From IMG/VR virus record IMGVR_UViG_3300002242_000171, positions 1 to 54,063 of that record: a stretch of DNA of 54,063 bases. The stretch is one strand, 5' to 3'. The number at the start of each line of letters is the position of its first letter. The stretch's first letter is position 1. Below are positions 8,398 to 21,900 of this stretch, in pieces. Origin of the DNA: a virus (taxonomy: Duplodnaviria; Caudoviricetes). The translations under genes were made by a program, and so were the position numbers. The notes below the pieces were generated by a model that saw only the letters and a list, made by a program, of their open reading frames with translations, was not told where the DNA came from and did no database searches.

Positions 8398-11300
8398 CTA
8401 TATAAATTTTTTCGTTGATTTGATTACAAAATATTCATTATAAATCGGTAGATTTAAAAAGGAATTACTTCGAACTCCAAAATTATCATTAGTATATTTA
8501 ACAAATTTGCAAACAATATTTTTTCCAGCATGAACATGTTCAAAATAATCATTATGTGTAAGAGTTCTCCAAACAGGATTTAAAGATTTATCTAAAGAAT
8601 CAATAAACATTATTTTTACTGTACTTGAATAATTGAACCACCACCAACCGAAAGTTTCAATACTTCTGTTTATATCTTCGAAAATTGCTGGATATAGAGG
8701 TGGATCTGAGATCTTAGCTGCAGCTTTTTTGTTACTAAAAGAAGGGTTGTAAGTAACAACTAAAGATTTGATATTATTTGGTATTCTTGTTGAAACTATT
8801 TTTTTTGTTTCTTCTTGCTTAGGTATACCAGATGCATCTGCCGTTTCTGTCAAAAAATCCACTAGTTTTGCATAAATTTTTAATTTTGTATTATCATTGG
8901 TAATAATCTTGCCAAGGATTCCAGATAATAAAAAGTCTATTTTTCCAGCGTATTCATCGCCGATATTTAGACTGTCCATATATTGATCAATAACTTCATC
9001 CTCTAGGGATCCTCCGATGCTTTCATCTTCTAATAATACAAGATTGGCTGAATCCAAAGAACTTATTGTATCTTCTGACTCGGACGTATCAACAAAATCT
9101 GTCTCTTCGGATGTTCCAGGTATAGCAGCATCATTAATAAAGTTTAACTGTTGATACAAATCATTCAAGAAAGAAACGCCATATGGTGATAAGATTTCTA
9201 TATATTTTTTTACTTGATTTCTTGTTGCATTTGGATCTTGTATATCTTTTCTGCTGTTTGTCATAGAATATCTTATGGTATCTAGCAAAATATCTTTATA
9301 AAATAAAAAATTGTTTTGATATGGATATATTCTTGGTCGCGGGTCGACGGCTGGTATTCCTTGACTAAAAGTAAAATTATCCATATTTGTGGATCGCATT
9401 TGACCATCTAAATATACTTTCGCTAAACCTAAAAATGTAACCGAATATTTTTGAATGTTTAACATATTAATGTTGTTTAAAGCCTGCGGAGCTTCAGAAA
9501 AATATTTGTTCTGTTCTTGTATAACTCTTTCTTCAAAAACATCACTGCTTATTTGAATATTTCCATCCGGATTAAGTGGCACACTAGTGCCATCGGCATT
9601 TGGAATATCAGAAATTAAATATTCATAGCCTGTTTGATAATATTGATCTAAATTAACAATGCCAGTCAATGTTTCTTTAAAAGAAATTGTTCTTTTATAT
9701 GTGTTTTCCCCTGATTTTACTCCAGATCCAAAACTATCTAATTTTTCTATTGTGCCTAGGCCAGCATTTGGTGACCAAAATTCTTTTATAATATTGTTGC
9801 CTTCTTTTCTTGTTATTAATTTAATATCTAAAACATCTTTATTGCAGCCAGATATTTTTATCATTTTTTCAAGCAACGTCCGGAATAAATCAAAAAGCTT
9901 AATTAATCCTTGGTAGTTTCCAGAATCAGGACTTGCAATTTTAATTAATTTTGCCATCATATCCCAGTCAACAGCGCCAGATTCTAAGTTCGACAAACCA
10001 TATAAACACCATGTTTTATACATCCGGATTACACAATCTTCAATAATATCATTAACTTCGTCACCATGGTTGCCTTCATAGCCATCAACAACTGCGTTAA
10101 CATTGAATTTATCTAATTTATCATTATAATATTTTTGTAAATTACTATCGATAAAATTAACATATTTTTTTAATCTTGCGTAAGTATTCAAACTAGTTTT
10201 AAGAATGCCTTGTAATTCCCTAGCTATTCCATCTTCAATTTCTACTTCATAATAATATTGATATTGGCCCTTTTTCTTTGACTTAACAGACGCATCTTTA
10301 AAGGACAAGAGAAGGTTTCCCGGTCCAAGAAAATTGACATCATTAATTTTATTAAGACCAGAGCTGGTGCCCAAATCAGAATATGTAGCTACCAATTCCG
10401 GTATCGCATCTTCATAAGAGTTTCCAATATCAGCGTCTAGTGTATCTTCTATGAAATTATTTCGACTTTTTGCTGGTGTTCCTAATCTATTTTGGCCGTA
10501 TCCAATCGACCTTACTCTTTTTCTATAAACTCTAAGATCGATTATTTTGGTTTTTAAAAAGATATTATTTATTGTTGTTTCTAAAATGTTCGCAGCAACA
10601 TAATTTTGTCCTCCAATCATGTTAATGACATTTTTTGCAATATTACTGTGCATTGATTTATCTAATAAAATTTTATTTTTATCCAAACAAATCAAGCCAG
10701 AAAACGTTCCATCCGAATGAGAAGACATACAATCAAAAGAATATCCTTCTGGTAACTCTGTTTTATAAGCACCATCTTTTCTTCTGGGCTGCTTATTTAT
10801 TTGTGACATCTTATCGTAAACATTATCTATTTGATATAAGTCTTGTAGAAATATTTTTTCTATTTCTTCGTCGTCTCTTAAATCGACAATTTTTGTGTTA
10901 ACAACCTCGATAGGATTAAGAATTACATTTTTATTGTGAATCGGCAGATTAGGGTCATTATGAACTTGTCCTGTCATGAGTGTGCCATCCGGCATTGCAT
11001 GCCAATTTCCAAACCACAAGTGTCCATTATCTTCTCTCTGAAGAACTACAGCACCATTATTAACAGTTTTTTGATTAAATATTATATCATAAGATACTGC
11101 TGACGCAGCATTGGTTTGGACTAAATCTGTAATTGTTTCCGTTAGGGCGCCAAAATCAATAAGTTGGCTGATTCCTGGTGCGTCGGAAGGAAGATCTGCT
11201 GTAATTGTATCAGTTATACTTTTGATCATCGACTGCGGATCAACCTCTGTTACAACCAAATAAGCCAAGAAACCAGGATTCAAATCTTGCAATACGAAAG

Positions 11301-11928
11301 GCTCTAATGTAATCGGCAAATTATAAAGTGTAGAGCCATTTTGATCAGTACTAATAAACTTTGCTTTATCCGCTCTTATTTTACTAGCTGAGTCAGCCTG
11401 AAATAAAATATCTGATACATTGATTCTTCTTAGCGGACCATCATTAGTTCCAAAATCCGCAGGAAACATGTTTTCTACATACGCAAGAACAGCAGGATCA
11501 TTAAGTTTTATTCCTACACCAGATGACGGAGTCTTAAGCGCCGGCGATCCTTTCATTCCATTCCAAAATGCTTCATCAATTTGGTATACTTTAACTGTAA
11601 CCATTGAAGCCAAATTTACATCGTCAAACCAAAGTCCGGAAGCTTTTGCTGACAGTTTTGTACTTTTTTGCAAAAATCCTTGCAAAGATAATGTTAATGT
11701 AATTTTAAGGTTGTTTGCGCTCTGATCTGTGGGGAAATCTGTAATATTTTGCATAATATGCGGATCTTTAACGCGAGAAGTACCAGAAACTCCATCGATA
11801 GAATAAATCGTATCATTCGTTAAAGCAGAAGTTTCCAGCGTTGCTGTTTGAATTGAAACTTTTGGCATGCCAGAACTAATAAAATCTTGAATTGATTTTT
11901 GTTTATTCTGTTCTAAAATCATAGACAT
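8398..11928 (-). CDS. Large hypothetical virion-associated protein (1176 aa)
   Basis: Long ORF, TAATG-coupled to the upstream gene; contains a short WFGNWHAMPDGTLMTGQVH motif; no catalytic motif recognised. Confidence 0.55.
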   Translation of the reverse strand: MSMILEQNKQKSIQDFISSGMPKVSIQTATLETSALTNDTIYSIDGVSGTSRVKDPHIMQNITDFPTDQSANNLKITLTLSLQGFLQKSTKLSAKASGLWFDDVNLASMVTVKVYQIDEAFWNGMKGSPALKTPSSGVGIKLNDPAVLAYVENMFPADFGTNDGPLRRINVSDILFQADSASKIRADKAKFISTDQNGSTLYNLPITLEPFVLQDLNPGFLAYLVVTEVDPQSMIKSITDTITADLPSDAPGISQLIDFGALTETITDLVQTNAASAVSYDIIFNQKTVNNGAVVLQREDNGHLWFGNWHAMPDGTLMTGQVHNDPNLPIHNKNVILNPIEVVNTKIVDLRDDEEIEKIFLQDLYQIDNVYDKMSQINKQPRRKDGAYKTELPEGYSFDCMSSHSDGTFSGLICLDKNKILLDKSMHSNIAKNVINMIGGQNYVAANILETTINNIFLKTKIIDLRVYRKRVRSIGYGQNRLGTPAKSRNNFIEDTLDADIGNSYEDAIPELVATYSDLGTSSGLNKINDVNFLGPGNLLLSFKDASVKSKKKGQYQYYYEVEIEDGIARELQGILKTSLNTYARLKKYVNFIDSNLQKYYNDKLDKFNVNAVVDGYEGNHGDEVNDIIEDCVIRMYKTWCLYGLSNLESGAVDWDMMAKLIKIASPDSGNYQGLIKLFDLFRTLLEKMIKISGCNKDVLDIKLITRKEGNNIIKEFWSPNAGLGTIEKLDSFGSGVKSGENTYKRTISFKETLTGIVNLDQYYQTGYEYLISDIPNADGTSVPLNPDGNIQISSDVFEERVIQEQNKYFSEAPQALNNINMLNIQKYSVTFLGLAKVYLDGQMRSTNMDNFTFSQGIPAVDPRPRIYPYQNNFLFYKDILLDTIRYSMTNSRKDIQDPNATRNQVKKYIEILSPYGVSFLNDLYQQLNFINDAAIPGTSEETDFVDTSESEDTISSLDSANLVLLEDESIGGSLEDEVIDQYMDSLNIGDEYAGKIDFLLSGILGKIITNDNTKLKIYAKLVDFLTETADASGIPKQEETKKIVSTRIPNNIKSLVVTYNPSFSNKKAAAKISDPPLYPAIFEDINRSIETFGWWWFNYSSTVKIMFIDSLDKSLNPVWRTLTHNDYFEHVHAGKNIVCKFVKYTNDNFGVRSNSFLNLPIYNEYFVIKSTKKFI

Positions 11929-12923
11929 TAATCACAAGCCTCCACTTCATCGTCCGGAATATCATAAACATTGGTTGAGGTTGTAATTTTCTCTTCCAAA
12001 TCAGAGCAATTAAATATAAATGTATCTGTATATGTTTTTTCTAGTTTTTCGGATTTAACGGCGCGGCAATAAGCTTCTTCTGATATTTCAGAATCAACGT
12101 TAAAATCAAAATAATATTCTACAGTATCTGGTTCACTATTGTCTGTTACACCTGAAAAATACAATCTTTCTTCTGTTCCGTCCGACATAATTCTAAAAAC
12201 CTCTACATCGAAATTTTCATTTAAAAAGTCTGTGTTTTTTTCCAAAACCTTAATAAAAAGACTGTCTTCGACCACCGATAAATAGCTTCCGTCAGCAGAA
12301 ATATATGTTGTATCTCCATCTTCTGTTTCAAAATCAACTTCAGATACTTCTCCTGGGGCGCCCATTTGAGTTGCAAATTCAGGACTAGTCTGATCTATTT
12401 TAATTTTATATTGTATATCACATTCTAATTTTGGTATATTTTCATTGCAGCTGCCGGTTGTTACAGACAAAGACCCTGTTAGTTTCGCCTCATAAAAATC
12501 AACCATCCAGATTGGCATTTGTTTTGTACTATAAGACATGTTGCCCAAAGGACCAAAGCCTTCTAATTCAAGCTGTTTCTTTTCAATTGTTTCCGTTTTT
12601 ATAGTAGCAGTTGTGCCGGGTTCAAGCATGGACTGAAATAAATTTTCTTGATATATTGGAAAATCATTCGTAGTTGTATTTTTGTTTATTTTTTCTTCAA
12701 CAGAGTATAAATATGTTTGTTGCTTTACTCTCGGCGTTTCCTTGATTCGATCATAAGTTTCATTCTGTGTTTCTGTCACGCCGGCGTATTGGCCATCATA
12801 AATTATATCATCATCATAAAATGCATAAAATTTTGGTTTAAGGCGGCCTATTTGCATTAATCTTTTGCCCAGCGGAGTAAGCTGAATATCTAAGACTTCT
12901 TGTTTTCTATCAAAAAATTCCAT
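11928..12923 (-). CDS. Virion structural protein, N-terminus paralogous to 4042..5079
   Basis: LDIQLTPLGKRLMQIGRLKPKFYAFYDDDIIYD aligns with LDAVLTDLGRERLARG...KFAVADDEIDY. Confidence 0.6.
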   Translation of the reverse strand: MEFFDRKQEVLDIQLTPLGKRLMQIGRLKPKFYAFYDDDIIYDGQYAGVTETQNETYDRIKETPRVKQQTYLYSVEEKINKNTTTNDFPIYQENLFQSMLEPGTTATIKTETIEKKQLELEGFGPLGNMSYSTKQMPIWMVDFYEAKLTGSLSVTTGSCNENIPKLECDIQYKIKIDQTSPEFATQMGAPGEVSEVDFETEDGDTTYISADGSYLSVVEDSLFIKVLEKNTDFLNENFDVEVFRIMSDGTEERLYFSGVTDNSEPDTVEYYFDFNVDSEISEEAYCRAVKSEKLEKTYTDTFIFNCSDLEEKITTSTNVYDIPDDEVEACD

Positions 12924-12927
12924 TTAT

Positions 12928-15900
12928 TTAAAAATCCGTTCCTTCTTCTTGTCGCTGGGCTGGCGTATAAGCATTTTCACCTTCCGGTAGGTCCGAATTC
13001 TGTGGTCCCTGCTCTTCAAAGAATGAGTCTTCTGGAGCGGATTCTGGTGTTTCCGCAATAACTTCCGGACTAGTCAACTTTATTGAAGTTTCCAATTTTG
13101 CCAATTCAACCAAAGAACAATAATCATAGGGCCAATTATAACTATACGTATGATCAACATCTGCAGTATTTTCAACTTGATTTGTAATAAAAGCTAGATT
13201 GTCAGACTCAGTTTCAGTTACATTAATATATTTATTTCTTGCGCGCTTCTTAACTTTAAAAACCATCCATCTTAAGTTTCTAGTTATTTTTTTAATATCG
13301 CTCTTGCTCATCCCTTCGCCGGTGAATTTTTGCCAGAATTCGCTCATTAATTCTCCATCTTTGCAGGGAATACTCAAAGTTGAACTATCCGGCACAACTT
13401 TCATTGCTATATCCGGCATTACTCCTTGCCATATATCCTGCAGTTCTTGTCTAGAGAATTTATGCTTGAATTCAAAAGCAAACATCACAAATGGATCAAT
13501 AATTGGATTTGAATTATTTACAAAATCCCAACGAGGCGGGAATATAAATCTTCTCATTTTATCTTTGAGATTCAAAACAGATGGTGACTGGCTAGTTTCA
13601 GCGCTCTGTTCATCAATTTGTTCCTCAACTTGATTAACAATATCCAATATACTTGTGGCGTCGTAGTTCGCGGCGTCGGATTTTACTTCTATATTGTAAA
13701 TCGGGAAGAAATATTTATTATCTGCTTTCGAATGTATGCAATTAAATTTGGCTGCCAAAGCTTTAGATTGCAAATATGGTATTGCGACAATACATTCTGA
13801 TATTGATTTTTCTCCATCAGTAGGCAACTCACCAACTTTTTGATTTTTTGGTGTTCCTTGTGCAAACATTGTTGCCAATAATGATTTACTGTTTGATGTA
13901 TAAGCGCCAAGTTCACTAGGCTCTGTATCTCTCAAGGTAAGTTTGAGGCCGCGGCCGCCTTCTGGAATATTTCCATATCCATTCCACATGCCTCTTGCTT
14001 TGCTATCATCAGTATAATGATTAAAACTTAGAACAGGGCATTCGTATTTGGTAGAAATGACCCATTGTTCTTGTTCTGTTGGATCGTCTGGCTGTTGAAC
14101 AATAATCCCATCGGGACCTGAAGCAACCAAAGGAGCAATCTTTTTGCCAAATAAATCCAAAGAGGAAGAAACATTCATCATAGTACTAATTGCTGGGGAT
14201 GTTTGGTCGACCCAAGTTCGCAATGGATAATTGCCTCCCTTAAGGGTACCCGGGGCCCATTGCGCATATCCTGAACTTCCTGTATCATATGACGCTGAAG
14301 GAATGTTGTTTAAATTATTGTAATAAGATGCCGTTAATTTGCTGAATATTGTACCTAGGGAGGGCTGTGGCGTATCCTCGACAGTATTTGTATAAGTTAA
14401 ATCAACAGTTGCTTTTCCATAAAAGTACGGAGGAGTATAAGGTGCATATGCCGGATCTTGCCTTTCGCCGTACAACATCTCATTGAACAAATTTGAGGCG
14501 GTATAAAAGGCCGTAGAGGCGCCATAAATTTCGCCGCGGCAATTTCTATAATAGAAAGATGCTGTATTGCCTGGTTGCAATCCATTGAAATCTAAGCCAT
14601 TTCCATAAGCTATAGAGCTATTAATCGCACCCTCTGTCATAATATTCTCAACCATTTCTATGTCAATTGACATTTGGTATGTAACATCTTGCTTGAAAGA
14701 AATTTCTGACATTGGCTTTGATGTCCATGAAGTTAGTCTTCCATCTTTAATAAATAAGTTAACAGATTCTGCCAAGAAATTATCCATAGCTCGACGATAT
14801 AAATCATGACTTTCGTTGCCATTCCAAGTAAAGAATGCATCAGTATAATTGTTTGCAACTGCATATAATTTATTTCGTCTGTTGCTCGCATCTTCTGAAT
14901 CATAAATTGGTAATTTCGAAAAATCATATAAAGCTTCGAAAGGCAATCTATAATTTGAAGCAGTCGCATATGTAAAAGCCTGCAAGCCCTCAGGAGCTTC
15001 CGGGACGGAACCGGTATAAATTGGCCAGTCAACTGCAATTCCAGATTTAATAGTATTATATAAAATACCAGGAGCAAAATATGGCTGCAACAGAGCCTGT
15101 GTGCGTGCTGCATTCTGATTAACATACCCGCTCCATGGATCATCTGCAGATTCAATACTTTGAGAGCCGCTGATGTGGGCGCCCAAAGACTGTGACAAGA
15201 GTGTCGCTAATTGTATTGTTCTATTAACAGGATAGAATCCGTTATATGGCAATAGTTTTTTGAGGCCATGACATGTCAATCTAATAGAGGTTGCATTTGC
15301 TAAATTCTTATGATCTTCTACAATAATATCAAAATTTTTCAAGAAGTCTGAATGTAAATAATCTTTATAAAATTGTGTATTCACGCTAGCGGAATTAATT
15401 ATACCATCAATTCTAAAATTATTTCGATACGGAACTGGTGCCATAAAATCAGAATCTTTATCTATTACGTAATATGGCATATGGTTGGAAATATTGAATT
15501 CAGGAATAACTGAATAGTCTTTTCCAATCTTACTTAAATCTGCAGAATAATCTGTGTATGAATCATACCAAGGATTTCTGCCGCGATCGATATTTGTAGT
15601 CCAATTAATATTAGACGAGCCAGACTGTAAATCGTTAGTCCACTGACTAAGAGCAGTTGCGTTTGAACCAAGCCAGCCGGCGGGGTTGGAGGGAGTTCCA
15701 GGCGCAATTGCGCGCATTGTAGAATCTAGACCATGGTATCGAACCGAGGCTGTGGTCCAAATTAAATCTCGGGGTGATCCGGACCTAGAGGAGCCGACGT
15801 CTGTCGTCGGGCCCGTATCAACAAAAGAAGGGCCATTAAACAATTGTCCAGAATACTTATCTCTAGAATTAAGTGCTTGTGGGGCCGGCCAAGCGAAGAT

Positions 15901-18900
15901 GGAGCCGGCCGGACCGGAAGAAGCAGAAAGCTCTTCAAAAGAGCCCGTCCATGCACCTTCGAGTGGCCATATGCTTAAAGAAGCGCCAGTCGAGCCGCTC
16001 ATCACAGTCCATGACTGGTAAGATGGCGACGCGTGATAAGGCCAATCAGTAACGTTCGAGGCACTTAAATAATAGTTTTGGTTGTTCAGTGCGATTAAAT
16101 CTGTTCTCACACGATTTTCAATATCATCTCTCCAGAAAGATCTATGAGATATGCGATCATAACTGTTGTCTCCGCCGCCGGCAACTTCAGTATAATTATT
16201 TCTTGCCCTTGTTCTATTCAAGAATGTATTTTTAGACTGAGGCCATATAACTTCCGTATATCGCAAAGACTCAAAACGCTTAATTGGATTCAAGGGGCTA
16301 ACAATGTCGTCATCTCTATATAAGGAGGTTATAGAATCATATATTGGCGGAGGCTTAGTAGTTGACTTAAACCATTCGTTGTGATTAAACAAGAAAGCAT
16401 GGTAAGCTGCTTGCGGATTAGCAAAAGAACAAATATTATTATTAAATGTATAATCGAAGACCATACCTTGAGTTTCAGTAGGCTTATAAAGATCTTGAAC
16501 TGCCCGGACTCTTATTTGAACTGGCTTATGCTTTATTGTCACAACAGATTCTGTAAAGTTTAATATTGGATTTACACCAAACTTCAGTGCTTTTTTGTCA
16601 TTAGTGTCAGGAATGCTTTGTTGCTTTGCTTGCATCTTAACGGCACTAAAAGTATTTGTTTTCCTATGATGTCTCATAATCGGATGATTTCCGCCACGAA
16701 TCTGTTTCCAAGATGGCCAGCCGTATGGGCCTTGGCGATGATGTATGATACCATTCAATAATGCGTTGCCGGCATAAGTCGAAAGAAGCACACCCTTGGA
16801 AATTAAACCACCTTGATATTGATAAGACGTTGCATTGTTTTCATAGCCAGTGTTAGTGCCTGGATATCCTAAGCTATTTTCGCTAGCTGTTACTGGCTCA
16901 TATATGTTAGTGTTGAGGCCTACGAAATCATTACGAATAAGTGGATATCCAACTGCAAGGAGGGGGGCCTCTGGAAGTCCATATCTCCATGTTGAGTCGC
17001 CGGCGAACCAATAACTTGCAAAATCGCTAGAACTAACAAATGTCATATCATTTGATTTTATCGAATATCCCAAAGGCGCTGTTAATCCATCTCCTCCGCC
17101 TGCATAATAAAGGTTGCCAAAAATATTTGGACCTGCATAATTGCCAGATAGAGAAGCAGTAATCCAAGCATACTGACGATCACTCTGTGGAATTGCGTGC
17201 TGTATGAAGAAATTATCATATCGCTGCCTATTCACTGCTATTTCTGTTCCATCGGGCATAATATACGCTTCAGCACTTTGACCAACATTTCTATTGACTT
17301 TGTGTACTGAAGCAGTTAGAGCGGCGCCGTCTGTTGTAGATAAGCGCGCATCATAACCAGGATATGGGCCGCCGGCCATATGATTTCGTTGTAATATATC
17401 CAAAGGCGGCGTTGTTGTCAAGGTTCTCAAATTTATATCATGAGGATTGCCAAATGGACGTGTTTCGTAAAAGACACTTGGATTAGTTCCGCTGCGAAAT
17501 GTTTCCAAAGTGGCTCCTTGGTGAGATCTCTCTTCCATTACGGCGCGGCCATTTCCTGCAATACCCGGCTCAGTCTGATATATCCAAAAACGAGCTTGTG
17601 CGGGGTCTGTGGCACCCGGATAATTGGTGATCACCGCGGAAGCAGTTATTCCTAACACTCCACCAGAAAAAGCAGTATTAATTGCGTGAGCTAACGAATG
17701 TGCAGAGCCAGATTCTGCCAGGCCCGGGCCGATTGCAGCACAATCAGATGCATCCCAAAAAGCCGAACACCTAGTTCCATAATTGAATACCAAACCATTA
17801 TTATCATATCCTACAGTCGGATCCGTTAACCATGTTGCAAGATAATTTTCTCTAAATGTTATATTAAGGCCCGCGCTGGAAGTCAATCCTATAGTAAAAG
17901 GCTTAGCCCAGCCGCCCAAGCCTTGACTAGTGATGCTAACAACTGCCACTGCACTATCACCGGATGCAGTGATATTTGATCTTGGTTTTCTAACCGTCAT
18001 ATTACGGTAGTTTAGGCTGTTATAGACGGAGAAGGTGTGTGAAGCAGGGTCAAGATAGCCTAGGGCCATTGCTTCCGGAGAACCGGGTGCAGAGAAGCGG
18101 TCAGCGATCGTCACACTTTGCAACGATGAGCCGGTTCTGTCCATCATATTAAAATCAATATTTCCGGAAAGATTGAAGACCTCTGCTGTTGCTTGTGTAA
18201 AGTTGGCGAAATTATCTTTTAGCCAGCCTTTTTGTGTATTGGCGCCGACCGTTTGAACTATCTGATATTCTTTAGAATAATTGCCCAAATATAATGACCC
18301 GGTGCTGGTTTTTATGTTTTTGATAACAACCGGTCTTTTGGCGATTTCATCTAAGAAATATTTTGATTTTGGATCATCATCGGCGCGTTTACTTAAAGTT
18401 AAATTAGAAGCGTTAACTGCCAAATCATATTCTTCAATACGGTCAGTTGTCGTAAATGGAGCAACTTTTCTTGATTTTTTGCCTCCGACATGAATTTTTG
18501 TAAATGGACCTTGCAAGGTTTCTTGCGTTTCGGCGCCATATACATCGCGATGATTATCGTTGATTTCAATTCCACTATTAAATGTAGTAAGAGACGTTTT
18601 GTAGCCAGTGTCAACGGAAGAAGAGTAAACTGTAAATGGCGCAATGTTGCGGCCTTTTATTGGACTTTGTTCTAAGTTTGCTTTAAAGTCTAATCTTCGT
18701 TTGACATTTAGATCATCTTTATCTGTACAATCTACAAAGCTCTCAATATCTTGTAGAATAATATTTTCTGTTTTGCTGCTTTGATCTAATTCAGTTTTTA
18801 CAAAGTTATATTTAATATTATCAATCTTAAAATCTTGGGCTCGATCGACGGCAAAATGATAAGGTCTGGTGAATTTTCTTAATGCATATGTGGATCCAGA

Positions 18901-21900
18901 GACAACCGAATTTGAAATTCGTTTAATTATTTCTCTTTGTTCGTCAACTGTTGAATCTCCAGAAGATATAAGAATTCTATCTCTTTCTGCCCTATCTTTC
19001 CAGTATAAACAATTAACATTTTCTTCTGCTGCGCCTTGAATAAAGTAGCTAAATGTTATATGCAGGGCGAAGACGTCGGTATCGATATCTGTGTTTCCTA
19101 GGGGACCTGGCTCCAATTGATTAAATCTAAAAGTATTCGTTATCGAGCCAATCATTGCCAAAATTTTACCTTGATGGCCGGCAGATGAATTGACCGCTTC
19201 TATAATCTCGCCTCTAAAATCAGATTGGCTAGACATTCCTTGAATTTGAACCCAAACTTCTGTTGAATTGCCGGTACCTGTTTTTACGGTACCGGTGGAG
19301 CCCGCGCCATTATCATCAAAAACATACTTGCGCTTTGTTCCATCTGTCGATATTAATGTAAAATATTCTCCATCTAAATCAGAAGATGTGCTTGTAATAA
19401 CAGCAGTTTGTGTCCATGCATATGTAAAATTGCCTGGCTCGTGGCCTTCTTTCCAATTATATAATAATTCGTTAATGCCTTTGATTCTTCCATCGGGCTC
19501 AGGCTGCTGAAGATTTAAGTTTGTATACTTTGTCTCAATCCTATTTCTTTCTAATACATGACTCTCAATCATATTCCTTACATTATCTGCCATATCAGCA
19601 GTTGCAGGAACCAAATTTAAAAGCATTGTAGAAATTGAATTATCAATCCATTTAAAATATTCTATAAATTTATCTAAATCCGGTATGTTGTCAACTCGAC
19701 GGAAAAACAATTCTTTGATTTTATCCATCTCTTTGCTTGATTTTCGATATCTGGTGACTGGATCTCCAATTAAATTATGAAAATCTTTGATGCCGGCGAA
19801 CATGTTCAGCATTTCATAAGAAATATTTGCATACATGCTCTTTTCGAAAGCATAAAAATATTTAACCGGGCGATGTTCACGAGTAAATATTTCTCCTTCG
19901 AAATCAACTATATTAACCATATCATCAGAATTAATCAAATCCGGAGCGACTAATCTAGTCGAGGGTACGTATTTCTTTTCAACTACTTGTGTGCTGCTAG
20001 CAGCAAAATTATGTCCCAATCCAGTATGCTGTCTTTCAACGATATTGGATAATGGATAACTTAATAGTTCATTTGATCCGCTAGAAAAATCACTAACTGC
20101 AAATTGTCCCGAAGCATCAGAGGCAGTAACCTGTGCAAAATCCCAATTTAGTGCCAAAGAAGAGATTTTTGGCATTTCTGTTTCAGATAAACTCTTGTTT
20201 GAGGCGACGCCTTGAAATAAATACGTATTTCTGTGAGGATGATTAACGCCATAAGATGCATCATTTTTGGCATGATATTCCAAAGTATCATTTTCAAGAT
20301 ATGAATTCCAATAGCGCGCATAAGATACGTAAACATCTGATTCATTCAAAAGTGTACCACTAAAGTTTGTTCTATGTGCACCAACAAATAAACGCTTTGG
20401 AACAGAGAAAAAAGTAGATCCATATGCAGACTGTAGCGTACCCGATATTGCGAAACTGTTTATGATGGTGTCGCCAAGATGTTGGTATCCAATTAATTCC
20501 GCAGTTACTTCAACCGGAGTATCAGATCCTGTAACAAAATCAACTTGTGGATATTTTGTATCTCTAAGCCTAACACTCAAATTCCATTCTGTGTTGTCAT
20601 ATATATCTGTGTATACTGATGATGTAATCGGCCCTAGGGCGCTGCCTGTTAAAAGAAAGTAAGCCTCTGGGCTGTCTCTCATCGATTGTTTTTGTTTTCT
20701 AACAATATAAACTTGTACTGAGCCGCTATCACTTGTAGCCCAAGCAGTATCTGTATTACTATCTGTTTTTGCTGTATGTAAGCCAAAAAGCGACGAGGTT
20801 GTTTCACTATAAATTTTTGAATCTCTACTTTGTAACAAAGGATATTTGGGAAATAAAATTTGTGTTTCAACCGTAACAGCGCCTAGTGCGTCAATACCAT
20901 TAGTTTCATCATCGCTTCCAGATATATAAGATTTTGAATTTGGATTTCCAGCTTCGGGATATCCATATACAGATGCAGCATTATTATTATAAAAATCAAC
21001 ATATTTTGATTTTGACGACACATCTCTTGTATTAGTTTCTAAACGCCAATTTGTATTTTGTCCATATAAGTTAAGTCTTACTAGTTCTTCATCAATTCCA
21101 ACACATCTTAAGAGATTTCTAAATGATTTCTTTGTGCCTTTTGTTTTATAGATATGAATTAAATTGTTATAAATGTTTTTGTATATCTGGTTCTTTACAT
21201 CATATAATTTTTTCTCAAATAGCTTCTTATCATCTCGGGTATTTGCATATGCAAAGATATCAATATCTGTTAAAATTTCGTCAACATCAAAACCATAATC
21301 TTTCAGAAGTCGATCATTAAAGAAATGTGGGCGTGCGCTACTAGAGGCATATTGTATATTCTTAATTGTAGGAAGTGCTTCGATTTGCAAATGCAAAGTA
21401 TCAAGATAGCTAGCTAAAATTTGTGTTAATTTGTGTAATTGTCCTTCGCCTTGAGCATAATCATCTTCTGATATCCAGGCTGGCAAACTATTAATTAAAG
21501 AAGATCCGTTGTTGAAATCATGTTCTTGGCCTATAGTCTTTAAATTCTCTAGTTTACTAGCGACGTCCGGATGAAAAGAATAAATAATTGGATCTTGAAA
21601 TTCGCGGCTGGCATGGCCAGATTCTACTAACGCTGAAGATGTAGAACGACTATCTGTGGAACTATATCCTTCCCAAAGGCCATCGCTGATTCTTCCTGAA
21701 TAGTCCAAAACAACGCTATCTACTGAAGATGTTTGAGTTATTCCTTCATTAAATTTATAATATACTCCCAAGTACGTATTTGATAAATCAGTGTTTGTTC
21801 CGCCATAAACTTGATCTTTATAAAATCTTCCAATCTGTTTCGCGTTTCTTGCTGTTTTCCAAAATCTAAATTCATCGATAGAGCCACTTAGTTTACCCCA

